Assembly (NCBI GenBank): GCA_018829445.1
Contig: JAHJTV010000031.1
Coordinates: 26,220 to 90,219 of the forward strand
Reading direction: 5' to 3'
DNA length: 64,000 nt
From: a bacterium
GTDB taxonomy: Bacteria; SAR324; XYD2-FULL-50-16
Shown piece after piece: positions 30,682-40,568 of the stretch. The notes beneath the pieces were generated by a model. It searched no databases, was not told where the DNA came from, and saw only the letters and a list, made by a program, of their open reading frames with translations. Position numbers and translations under genes: made by a program. Each line of letters starts with the position of its first letter. Position 1 is the stretch's first letter.

Positions 30682-32100
30682 ATGGATAAGATTTTAAGAA
30701 TCGACATGAGTGGTGAAAATGGTCCCACGGGGAAAGTTGAACCGGTTGGCAACTATGCCGGGTCTGGAGGACGTGCCATGACTTCCAGTATCATTGCTGC
30801 TGAAGTACCGCCTCAGTGTCATCCACTGGGAGAGGACAACAAGGTCGTTCTGGCACCGGGGCTGTTATGCGGTACCCCCGCCAACATGACCGGACGGATC
30901 TCGATTGGCTTTAAAAGCCCTCTTACAGGGGGTATTAAGGAGTCCAATGCCGGTGGCCCTGCAGGTCAAATATTGGCCCGCTTGGGATATGCCGCTGTTG
31001 TGATAGAGGGGAAGCCCAAGGATGATACCACCTATAAGCTCATTATCAAAAAGGACGGGTTTGAAATTCTGCCGGATAATGGACTTAAAATGCTGGGGAA
31101 CTATGCGGTGGTTGACAGGATAAAGAGCGAGTTTAGCCCGGAGGCAGCTTTTATCTCCATCGGTCAGGCAGGGGAAATGAAGATGGGTGCAGCCAGTATT
31201 GCCTGTACCGATAATGAGCAACGTCCCACCCGCCACGCAGGTAGAGGCGGAGGCGGTGCTGTTATGGGTTCCAAGGGGCTGAAATTGATAGTTCTGGAAA
31301 GGGAGGGCACCCAAAGTATCGTTGCCCAAAATGTTGCCAAATTCGGGGAAGCCAACATGGCTTTTTCGGAAGGACTTAAAAAGCACGATGTTACCGGACA
31401 GGCGTTACCGGCTTATGGAAGTAGCGTGTTAACCAATGTGATTAATGAAGCGGGGGCATATCCGACAAACAACTTTAAAACAGGTCAGTTCGCAGGGGCT
31501 GAAAAGATCAGTGGTGAAACCATTGCCGACCTTGAATACGAACGAGGGGGTGAGCCGGAACATGGCTGCCATCGCGACTGTATTATCAGATGCTCCGGTA
31601 TTTATTTTGATAAAGAAGGAAAATATCTGACCAAACAACCCGAATATGAAACCGTCTGGGCTCATGGGGGTAACTGCGGGATTGATGATATAGATGCCAT
31701 TGCCATGATGGACCGTTTGGATGATGACTTTGGTCTGGACACCATTGAAGTCGGAGCTGCCATCGCTGTGGCCATGGAAGCAGGAATCGCAAAATTCGGG
31801 GATGCTGAAGCAGCCATTAGACTGGTTAAAGAGATCGGTGAAGGCACACCTTTGGGCAGAATCATTGGAGCCGGCGCAGCCACAGTGGGGAGGACATTTG
31901 GCGTTGAAAGAGTTCCTGTCGTTAAAGGACAGGCGATGCCAGCGTATGATCCAAGGGCGGCCCAGGGAATCGGTGCCACCTATGCTACGAGCCCGATGGG
32001 AGCAGACCACACGGCTGTCTTCTTTCTTATACGTTTAATCAGAGGCGTTATCCACCGGCAACCGGTGGAAAAACGCCGATTCTGTCACCATCCCGGATAA
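30682..32100 (+). pseudogene. aor: Tungsten aldehyde:ferredoxin oxidoreductase, 3'-truncated
   Basis: KSPLTGGIKESNAGG, GRGGxGAVMGSKGLK, CxxxCxxxC, PEYET, DDxGLDTI, YDPR. Similarity ends at GADHTA (about 32016); the tail reads antisense into moaD. Confidence 0.78.
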
Positions 32101-32287
32101 TGTCTTCCAATTCGGCACGCACGCTGTTAACAAACACCAATTTAACCGATTGAATGGGAACACCAAACTGTTGCAGTATGGTCCTGATGGTTGTTCCCTC
32201 TTCCAACTCCATGATCACCTTTTGCCCTTCGGCAAAATCCGGTAAATATTTCTTGAATGATGCAAACAATCGTATTTCAGCTTTCAT
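32048..32287 (-). CDS. moaD: MoaD/ThiS sulfur carrier protein
   Basis: 79 aa; LFA, DGD, FPPVAGG C-terminus. Confidence 0.88.
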   Translation of the reverse strand: MKAEIRLFASFKKYLPDFAEGQKVIMELEEGTTIRTILQQFGVPIQSVKLVFVNSVRAELEDIIRDGDRIGVFPPVAGG

Positions 32288-32305
32288 TAATTTAGTTTGT
32301 TAATC

Positions 32306-33613
32306 TTATTGTAAACAGTGCAATAACCCTCCGCACCACGGACAGCTGCCACAGGGAATCTCAATCGCGTAGCAGTCGTATTCGAACTGTTTGGCAGTAA
32401 ACAGGTTGCATGGACCAAGGTTGCAGTTTCTGCAATATGGATATTTATACTCCAGCACCTGTTGCCGAAAAAAGGTAACCTGTTGACCGTTCCAAATCTC
32501 ATCGATACGCTGCCGGTTGAGATCTCCTATGGGGAATGAGGTTGCTTTTAGCGGAAGACCGTTTTGGTAAAAGGTATATTGATGCCAAAGATAATAGCAG
32601 GGATATACCTTGCCGTCCCAGGATACGAACAGGCTACCCTCTTCCACAAAATGACATTGACGCTCATACTTTGGAAGCAACTCCGGAAGGATTGACTCAA
32701 GATCGGTCTCTTCAGCGATTTTCTGTGCTTCTCCAAAAAGTTCTGCTGCTTCAAGCAGGGTTGAATCCTCTTCAGACATCAGGTTCTTTAGGTGAAGAGG
32801 GATATTGCGCGAGTAGGCTTCCTCAATCATCCGCTTTCCCAAATCAGCCAGAGCTTTTTCGTCGGCGTTTTTGTTCTTTTTAAAGTGATATTTCCATCGA
32901 TTTTTCAGATACTCATCCAAGTCCAGGTTTTGATCTTTGCAGGCAAATTTGTAGGTGTTATAGAGTTCTCTTGAAATGTTGAGGTTGGGGCTATTAACCG
33001 CTTCCACTTCCATCTCGCTTTTATAAGGGAGAACATGGGTAACGATGGCAAATGAGGCTCCATTGTCTGCAGCCCAGCGGATGACAGTGGGTAATTCGTT
33101 CATGTTTTGTTTCATCAAAACAAATTCGATTCCAAAACGAACCTTATGCTTTTTATGCACTTTGGAACCAAGCCGGGTAAACGCTGTTTGCAGGCTACCC
33201 AGTTCCCCGCCACGTCTCACTTGTCTGAAAAAATCAGGTGATACCGAATCCAGGGATAAACAAAAAACATTCACTCCGGCTTCCAGAAGAGAATCGATTC
33301 GATAATCATGCAGAAGAAAGCCGTTAGTTTGAATCCCGATCCGGCAATTTTGAGGCAAAAGATTGCGAGCAGAGCTAATCAAGCCTTCCAAATTAGGATA
33401 AAGCAGGGGCTCGCCGATACCGCTGAAAACAACTGATTCTAAATGGTTGAAGACTGGCGCCAGTTTGTCAAATACCAGCGGAGATAAGCTGCCCTCGATG
33501 ATATCGTTACCAGGAGCTTGTTTAACACACATCTCGCAACCGAGATTACAAAAGGTCGTCGGTTCAATATACAGTTTTGAAGGAAAGACGGTTGCGTTAA
33601 TAGATGATTGCAT
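32306..33613 (-). CDS. Radical SAM/SPASM putative metalloenzyme maturase (Geobacter type)
   Basis: CNLGCEMC, GIGEPL, SPASM 'C..G.VYPC' and Cys-rich C-terminus (CxxCxxxPC...C...CxxCxWC...C). Confidence 0.85.
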   Translation of the reverse strand: MQSSINATVFPSKLYIEPTTFCNLGCEMCVKQAPGNDIIEGSLSPLVFDKLAPVFNHLESVVFSGIGEPLLYPNLEGLISSARNLLPQNCRIGIQTNGFLLHDYRIDSLLEAGVNVFCLSLDSVSPDFFRQVRRGGELGSLQTAFTRLGSKVHKKHKVRFGIEFVLMKQNMNELPTVIRWAADNGASFAIVTHVLPYKSEMEVEAVNSPNLNISRELYNTYKFACKDQNLDLDEYLKNRWKYHFKKNKNADEKALADLGKRMIEEAYSRNIPLHLKNLMSEEDSTLLEAAELFGEAQKIAEETDLESILPELLPKYERQCHFVEEGSLFVSWDGKVYPCYYLWHQYTFYQNGLPLKATSFPIGDLNRQRIDEIWNGQQVTFFRQQVLEYKYPYCRNCNLGPCNLFTAKQFEYDCYAIEIPCGSCPWCGGLLHCLQ

Positions 33614-33957
33614 TTTATCTCTACATCAAAATAAAACCCCAAAACCGGGCAAATGGTTTTAATCACGATCCCGACAAAGCGGAAATATGTTCCGAATAAT
33701 ATAACCTTAAAAACAAGAAAACACCACTAAATTAGGAGTTGCCCCGCCGGACCTGCCTTTAAGTTTGTAAGCGCGCCTGGAACCGTTGAAAAAACCTATT
33801 TTAATCCACAAATTAGACAAGAACTTAAACCTATTCAGTGATTAACAAATGGGACACAAATCGGGTGGGTCGTTTTTGGCAGGTGTTGGACAGATACAAC
33901 CCACAATGAGGGTCATATCCACCAATTGATTAATTGCTGTCTTTTTTATGCTTTCTT

Positions 33958-34626
33958 CTAAAACTTGGGGCCCAGGATGATGTAGAAGCTTGCCATGGCT
34001 CCGATTGGGGTCACTGTTTCAGTTCCCTCATCGGTAACGGTGCAATTGTAATAGGTGTAATAGGTTCCGCTGCTGGTGCAGCTTTTACCGAGTTTCTGAA
34101 GTTCAACGGTTGAGGAGTCATATCCCAATTCGAACCCGATTTTAAAAGTCTTGTTTCTCATAAATTCCATCCCAAAACCAGCCATAAAACCGGAGGTATA
34201 GGATTTAACATATTCACCCCTGGCGTTGGGTACACTCATTCCAGCCCTTCCATAGATTCCGATACTATCAGACGGCATAATTGTAAACCCTGCATTGATA
34301 TTATAAGGCAGGGCAGTATATGATCCGGTTGTCGTATAGATGTACATCAAGGGACCAATTCCGACACCAATTCTGATACCCATATCCAATTCCAGATAGG
34401 GCTGATAACTTAACCCGATTGGTGTGCCTTCCTGTTTGGTATAAGAATATCCCTCCTCCTCGGGATATTCAGCTTGTATATTTTCCCAATAAATATCCAC
34501 AACCTGGTTAAATCCGCTGATATAGGTCAATCCAATGGGGTTCTCAAATTTAACGGCTTTGGCGTCCTGAAAACAGGATAAACTAAAAATAACAACGCTT
34601 AAAAATAGAATCTGGCTTGATTTCAT
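33958..34626 (-). CDS. Exported protein, probable small outer-membrane beta-barrel
   Basis: Signal peptide (AKA), alternating Gly/aromatic strands, C-terminal Phe. Confidence 0.55.
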   Translation of the reverse strand: MKSSQILFLSVVIFSLSCFQDAKAVKFENPIGLTYISGFNQVVDIYWENIQAEYPEEEGYSYTKQEGTPIGLSYQPYLELDMGIRIGVGIGPLMYIYTTTGSYTALPYNINAGFTIMPSDSIGIYGRAGMSVPNARGEYVKSYTSGFMAGFGMEFMRNKTFKIGFELGYDSSTVELQKLGKSCTSSGTYYTYYNCTVTDEGTETVTPIGAMASFYIILGPKF

Positions 34627-34909
34627 CTCATTACCGGCAAATTGGGGTTTAAATATGAGGATAAATCTGTCATGGCCATAATTGAATTTAAGTTTGGAAA
34701 CCAATCAACCTACAAATCTATATATTTCAGACTATTTAACTGTTTTGATTCATCCTGTTAATAAATGTGCCGTAATAGTATTAAATCGGTTTTCTCAGGT
34801 CAAGTCGATTATTTGGTTTTTAAGGATATCCAGGCTGGTCGATTCAACATTATCAAACAGCTCAATTCTTTATCCGCTCGCTGTAGGATCAACGAGTTCC
34901 TAAATGCCC

Positions 34910-35830
34910 CTAAAATTGAAAAAAATCCTCAATAAGATCAGTATAAGCTTGCGGTCTGCTTAAATAGGGAAAATGTCCGGCATTTTTCAGGGTTTTAACC
35001 TTTGCCACGGGATAGGTCTGCTTCAGCATCTCTCTCAAAGCGAGTTCCACCAAGGGGTCGTTATCGGCTTCGATGATCATCACCGGAATTCCCAGGGTTT
35101 TTGTATCGGGGGGACTGAAGGGATCAATGACACAATGGAATCTGGCCACAAACTGATCTTTACTCATCATACCGAATGACTGTTCATACAAGAACGCTTT
35201 CACGAGCTCTGAGTATTCAGCAGCCGGATAGATTACATTGTCGGTGTTCTGTCTCAAGACCTTCATCACAGCCCATTCAGGTATAAAAGGCAGCAGTTTC
35301 CCTATTACGCGGTTTTTTTCAGCAATAATGTCATTTGGCGGAAAAGTATTGGCAAAGATCGCAGACTTGATTTTCCCGGGATGATGAGCCACAAGATATT
35401 GAGCCAAGTATCCCCCAAGAGAACTCCCCACAAGATGAACAATGTTGACATCCTCTTTTTCCAGAATTTTGATAATGCCACTGCTAAGGGCTTCCAGGTT
35501 GTCAATGGGAGGATAAGTCAGGGTTACTATCCGATATGTTGCCTTTAAAGTCAAAATTTGCTGCCACCAGATGTCATAAGCCCCGGTCATACCATGAAGA
35601 AACAAGATAGTTTCCTTCCCCGAACCTGTAACCAGGTACTTCCATGAATTACCATCAATTTCAACCTGTTTCCCAGGAAATGACTTGCGAAACGCTACCA
35701 GAGATTCGGTAATATTCCCGTCCACCGGCTGATAAATCTCACTGAACGTAGGACTCGAAACGGGAAAATTGTATATCAAACCGACAATAACAATGACCAA
35801 CACGGAAATTACTAGAATACGCTTTTTCAA
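34910..35830 (-). CDS. Alpha/beta hydrolase with N-terminal anchor
   Basis: LHG, GSSLGG nucleophile elbow, D, GHFPY; probable TTG start at 35830. Confidence 0.88.
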   Translation of the reverse strand: MKKRILVISVLVIVIVGLIYNFPVSSPTFSEIYQPVDGNITESLVAFRKSFPGKQVEIDGNSWKYLVTGSGKETILFLHGMTGAYDIWWQQILTLKATYRIVTLTYPPIDNLEALSSGIIKILEKEDVNIVHLVGSSLGGYLAQYLVAHHPGKIKSAIFANTFPPNDIIAEKNRVIGKLLPFIPEWAVMKVLRQNTDNVIYPAAEYSELVKAFLYEQSFGMMSKDQFVARFHCVIDPFSPPDTKTLGIPVMIIEADNDPLVELALREMLKQTYPVAKVKTLKNAGHFPYLSRPQAYTDLIEDFFQF

Positions 35831-35959
35831 TGGGTTACCTCTGCTTCTCTTCGTTAATGTAAAACAATTGTCACCATCAAAAGAAATCTTTCTTGTGATG
35901 GTAAAAAAAAGCATAATGGATGCTTATATAACACATTCTTAATCTAATCGGAGCCTCTT

Positions 35960-36589
35960 TTGAATCGTACTTTTTTTGATACCCCTATCTTAAAACATCT
36001 GTTTCGGCAAGTGTCATTATTAGCATTGAAGCTTACAGGCTGGAAGGTTGAGGGTGAATTTCCGGATACCCCAAAATTTGTAGTGATTGCAGCCCCTCAC
36101 ACTTCCAATTGGGATCTACCGTACATGCTGTTTTTCGCCTTTTACTATCGGTTAAAGGTATATTGGATGGGGAAGCAAACCATATTTAACAAGCCCTTTG
36201 GGACCATCTGCAAATGGATGGGAGGTATCCCGGTTAATCGATCAAAGTCCAATAACGTCGTAGAGCAGTCAGTTGAACAGTTTAATCAAAAAGAACGTTT
36301 TATACTGGTAGTCCCCCCAACAGGAACCCGGAAGAAAGTGTCGAAATGGAAAACGGGTTTTTACTATATAGCACTCCAGGCCAAAGTTCCGATTGCCTTA
36401 GGATTCCTGGATTATAAAAAGAAAGTTGGCGGGTTTGGTCCCCTGTTTCACCCAACAGGTGATATCGAAACCGACATGGGAGATATCTTAAACTTTTACA
36501 GGGGAATATCAGGAAAATACCCGGAAAGATCCAAGATGATCTTGCCGGTATTTCCCGCGACACCCTTGAGTAGTATAACTAAAAATTGA
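35960..36589 (+). CDS. PlsC-like lysophospholipid acyltransferase
   Basis: PHTSNWD, GGIPVNR, PxGTR, WKTGFY. Confidence 0.88.
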   Translation: MNRTFFDTPILKHLFRQVSLLALKLTGWKVEGEFPDTPKFVVIAAPHTSNWDLPYMLFFAFYYRLKVYWMGKQTIFNKPFGTICKWMGGIPVNRSKSNNVVEQSVEQFNQKERFILVVPPTGTRKKVSKWKTGFYYIALQAKVPIALGFLDYKKKVGGFGPLFHPTGDIETDMGDILNFYRGISGKYPERSKMILPVFPATPLSSITKN

Positions 36590-36708
36590 GATTGATAGCT
36601 GCTTTTTCTGAAACACCCCTTTGATTCGTGTTACTGATTGTCAATAATCGGCAGAAAATTTTGATTTATCAAGACTTCAGTGACATCCCCAAAGCACTAA
36701 AAGGAATC

Positions 36709-37347
36709 ATGAAGATATTGGCTGTTGCAGATGTTCATGGGAAGAGCGAAAAACTTCGGTTAATAAAAGAGCAAATAAGGAGTCATAAACCCGATGGTTT
36801 GATCATTGCCGGCGATGTGATCAATTATTTTAAGGGAGCGGGATTTATCAAGGAATTGTCTCAATTACCTCTCCCCATTTATGCCATTCGAGGTAATTCC
36901 GATCCATCTTCGGTAGAACGGGAGATGGCGAAATATGCAGCTATCACCAATCTCCATCTAAATGAAATCAAGATTAGAGATGTCCCATTCATCGGAATCA
37001 ATGGGACTGTGCCCTTGCCGTTTCATTCCAAGATCCGGTTTTTTGAATCCTCACTTCTTAATCGATTAAAAGACAAGCTCACATCTGATAGTGTTCTCGT
37101 TGCCCATCCACCACCAAAAGGATCTGTAGATAAGGTGTTTGGAAAATATCATGCTGGCAGTAAGGGATTGGCAAAACTGATTGAGGAAGTTCAGCCCAGG
37201 TTGGTGATATGCGGTCACATTCATGAGGATGTTGGCACTGCAACCATGGAAAAAACAGTCATCATTAACTGCAGTGTGGGAGCCCGGGGACGAGGTGTGT
37301 TAATCGAGCTAAGTGATACCGGCAGGGCATCCATAAAGATATTATAG
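36709..37347 (+). CDS. Calcineurin-like metallophosphoesterase
   Basis: DVHG, AGD, GNSD, HxPP, GHIHE. Confidence 0.9.
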   Translation: MKILAVADVHGKSEKLRLIKEQIRSHKPDGLIIAGDVINYFKGAGFIKELSQLPLPIYAIRGNSDPSSVEREMAKYAAITNLHLNEIKIRDVPFIGINGTVPLPFHSKIRFFESSLLNRLKDKLTSDSVLVAHPPPKGSVDKVFGKYHAGSKGLAKLIEEVQPRLVICGHIHEDVGTATMEKTVIINCSVGARGRGVLIELSDTGRASIKIL

Positions 37348-37414
37348 ATCAAACTATCATCTCTCTTTTGCCTGAAAACGCCCGGTTTTTGTAACGTTTC
37401 CGTGCGATATTTAT

Positions 37415-38383
37415 CTATCCCTTTTTGATCTGGTTGATGATCCAGTTGGAGAGCTTGTTTCCATTCTGACAATCAATAATCTCCTTCAGGTTTGAAAGAG
37501 GAACTTCAGCCCTGGCTGCTCTTTTATGCCCTCCGGCCGAACCGAATTCACCAAATCCCTTCTGGGCGACTTTACCGGCATCTCTTTTGTATCCATAGCT
37601 CCTAAAGATAATAATGAGTTTATTACCGCATATTCCGGATACAATACTCCAACTGGTATCTTCAATCCGCAGAAAAAAGTCGGCGATCATTACGCAGACA
37701 TCCGGATTCGGAACTGATTCCAGGTGAGAAAACATCCATCCCTTACGTTTCTTTCTACTTTCTATGGCGATCTTGAAGTATTTGAGAAAACCATTCCTCA
37801 TCTCTGCTGATTCAATCTTGCGAACTATCTGCAAATTAGCAAAAGGAAACAGGTACTGAAAGGCGAGGACATCTTCATATATCGCTTTACGATTGAAATT
37901 ATCGGTATCGGTCTTAATGGCGTAGTAGAGGGCTGTTGCCAGTTTCTGTGACGGTTTTATTTTTGCGGATTTCAGATACTCAACCATAATAGTGGCTGTT
38001 GCCCCGTATTTTGGGCGGATATCCAGATAGGGAGAAACTACTTCAGTATCGGGATGATGGTCTATGATGACGTCAGCCTGGAACCTGTCAAAAGCCTCAT
38101 TGTGATTGGGCTGGGAATCGACGATTACAATCCGGTTGTATCTGGTTGTATCAATTTCCTTCAGCGGAACAAGCTTAACTCCTGACAATCGCACCAAAGC
38201 CTGATTGTCCGGCCGTTTTATTGCATTGATATTTGTAATGGTGATGCCGGCTGTTTTGCGCCAAAGAAGCCTTTTAACCGCCATGGCACTGGCAATCGAG
38301 TCCGGATCTGCAAAAATGGGAATCAAAACCTGGTCTTCGTTGGAGAACTGTTCGTAGAAGCTGGCTATTCTTTTTTTACTCAA
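37415..38383 (-). CDS. DHH/DHHA1 family phosphoesterase
   Basis: DPDS, VD, DHH, TDT, GGH motifs. Confidence 0.9.
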   Translation of the reverse strand: MSKKRIASFYEQFSNEDQVLIPIFADPDSIASAMAVKRLLWRKTAGITITNINAIKRPDNQALVRLSGVKLVPLKEIDTTRYNRIVIVDSQPNHNEAFDRFQADVIIDHHPDTEVVSPYLDIRPKYGATATIMVEYLKSAKIKPSQKLATALYYAIKTDTDNFNRKAIYEDVLAFQYLFPFANLQIVRKIESAEMRNGFLKYFKIAIESRKKRKGWMFSHLESVPNPDVCVMIADFFLRIEDTSWSIVSGICGNKLIIIFRSYGYKRDAGKVAQKGFGEFGSAGGHKRAARAEVPLSNLKEIIDCQNGNKLSNWIINQIKKG

Positions 38384-38717
38384 GTTGGCTATGTCGGCTG
38401 ATGCTGGTTAAGAGAAAATAGAGCCTTTTAGGAGCAAGTGAATCCCATTATATTGAGAAAAAGCAATTCACGCAATTTGATTGTTTTGACGTTGGTGATG
38501 TCCGTTAAATTATAAACGGCTATCCTACTTCCAAGTTTCCTTTTCGATTTCAGCTATCTGCCTGAATATCAATAAACCTATCAGAACACAAGGCAAGTAT
38601 TCGATTTCCCAGGGTATATTTGTTCTACGCTGCAAACCATTGACCAGTTTGGATTCATGGGGCGAATCTGATCTTCGGTTAAGCCCGATGTTATATGAGG
38701 CAAGCTATTATCCTATT

Positions 38718-38937
38718 GAACGCCTTCAGCGTTCCTTTAGCGGGGGGGATTGAATACCCAGGGTGGCGTTCGCAAGCTCCCTGACCCTGGGCTATCGATC
38801 TGTATCCCCTTCGGGGAATGCTGTCCAGAGAAAACACCCCAACGGGGTTAAATATTCTCAGCCTGGGGTCAGCGAACTTGGGAGCGCCACCCCAGGATAA
38901 GCAGTGCCCCCCAATTATCAGAACTCTGAAGGATTTC
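38718..38937. repeat. REPIN-like composite inverted repeat of nested GC hairpins
   Basis: cccagggtggcg...tgaccctgggct (38757-38793) inverted against agcctggggtca...cgccaccccagg (38860-38896); small hairpins at 38718-38734, 38805-38817, 38836-38848, 38921-38937. Confidence 0.75.
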
Positions 38938-39168
38938 CATCAGCTCTTTTGAGCCATAGAACAAATTTACCCTGTCGATTTCCTTCAGTTGACAGTTATT
39001 GGAGATTTCAAGAATACTGTTCAGTGACAAGAACACTTCCCCCGGTTTTATCTCTCTTGAATTATAAATCTCAAGGGGAAACACTGAATGCTTTTAAATC
39101 CAAGAGTTCACTCAATAGCCTAAAACGCAGGTTGTCAATAATAGAGAACCGGAAGAATTTTTACCGTT

Positions 39169-39606
39169 ATGAATGATAAAGATGAAGAAAAAATCCAGGA
39201 TCTGATCAGAGTAAGAGTACTGGAAGAATATAAAAAGAGACAGTTGGAAGAGGAAGCTAAATTGCAGTCTGAATCGAATATCGAAGCACTGCATGATGTC
39301 ACTGAGATCCCAAAAGAAGATATCCAAAAAATTGCCGATCAGGTACGGGCGGAATACCAAAAAGAAAGAGCGCCTAAAAAACCAATTATTCAACAGTCCA
39401 AAAACCTTAAACGATATCTCCCCTTTGTAATTATTGTGGCTCTATTAGGATTATTACTGACCGGATCACCGACCTTCCAGCGCTTCTTTACCACTGGCAT
39501 ATCTCCCATGAGGTGGAAAACGTTGGAGCAAGCGGATGAAAACAAAGTACCCGGACGGTGGGACTGGCGTCAAAGGTTTATGCGGAAAGGTCGTCAACAC
39601 CGTTAA
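39169..39606 (+). CDS. Hypothetical single-pass membrane protein with charged helical N-terminus
   Basis: Charged coiled-coil-like N-terminus followed by one TM segment. Confidence 0.55.
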   Translation: MNDKDEEKIQDLIRVRVLEEYKKRQLEEEAKLQSESNIEALHDVTEIPKEDIQKIADQVRAEYQKERAPKKPIIQQSKNLKRYLPFVIIVALLGLLLTGSPTFQRFFTTGISPMRWKTLEQADENKVPGRWDWRQRFMRKGRQHR

Positions 39607-39617
39607 AGAGCCCCTCT

Positions 39618-40568
39618 CTATTCTTGAACGATTCGACGTACACGTTTTAAAGATGCTTGAATCACAGCATTACCCGATTCCCGCTCATCAGCCCGCAGAT
39701 AGTATTCCAAGGCTGGACGTAATTCGTTTAACGCTTCATAGGACAGCCCCAGGTTATAATAATCTTCGAAATCCGGATCATCATTGTTGGTAACAATTTT
39801 GTCCAATCGATTGATGGCCAGACCAAAAGCCTTGTTTTCTATCAACTTAACACTAACCGTATCCCCTCCCCTTAAGATTTCGCTGCTTGTTATCCGTTTA
39901 TACGGAATAATTCTTTTGGCATAGTCAACCGCAACCTGGTTTATTGCAGAAAAAATCAAGTTCGATGGTGTTTTTATTATTTTCCCGGAATCAGTCAGCG
40001 TTTTCTGAATGGGTGCTGTCGGGATGATAGCATTTCCAGTGCCATCATTCAGGTGGATCTTCCCGGTCAGAATGACTGTCAGTGTCTGTGTTCCCGATGC
40101 AAGCGAGGCGGTTCCGGTAACACGACAAGGATTCTTCTTTCTCAAGTAGTCACAACTCTGTAGGGGAACTCTGCTGGTTGTTCTTTGGCGATTCAGCTTT
40201 TCATCGGCTTTGAGATCGTAACTCAGGTAAGCTGTTTTTTCCTCCGGTGTGGACATAATTTTCGGATTGTAGTTAAATAACTTTATTTCGGTACCGATCT
40301 TGTCAATCGCTTTACCCGGCTTAACATTCCCCGGGTAAATGGAGGTCAACTGGGTTTTAAGAGCGTTTTCCATCAGGTCATTGAGGTGTTTTCCCCTGTC
40401 GCTATTAACAATCACTATTTTTTGGTACTTTGCCAGAGTGTTATTCTCAGGAGGTAAGACCGCTTCAAATTCGACATATTTGGCGCAACCCTGAACGTAC
40501 AGCAACAACCCTCCGATTAGATAAACCAGATTTCGCCTGGTTAATATCTTTGTTAAACCTATTATCAT
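39618..40568 (-). CDS. Lipoprotein with C-terminal TPR
   Basis: Lipobox VQGC; YYNLGLSYEAL TPR; 4-nt overlap with the upstream gene. Confidence 0.75.
   Translation of the reverse strand: MIIGLTKILTRRNLVYLIGGLLLYVQGCAKYVEFEAVLPPENNTLAKYQKIVIVNSDRGKHLNDLMENALKTQLTSIYPGNVKPGKAIDKIGTEIKLFNYNPKIMSTPEEKTAYLSYDLKADEKLNRQRTTSRVPLQSCDYLRKKNPCRVTGTASLASGTQTLTVILTGKIHLNDGTGNAIIPTAPIQKTLTDSGKIIKTPSNLIFSAINQVAVDYAKRIIPYKRITSSEILRGGDTVSVKLIENKAFGLAINRLDKIVTNNDDPDFEDYYNLGLSYEALNELRPALEYYLRADERESGNAVIQASLKRVRRIVQE

Noticed and set aside
38660-38700. attC-like end (TAAGCccgatGTTATAT)
   Set aside because: No matching RYYYAAC arm, no cassette array and no integrase in the window
38718-38937. CRISPR array
   Set aside because: Units are inverted and degenerate, with no regular repeat-spacer period and no cas genes
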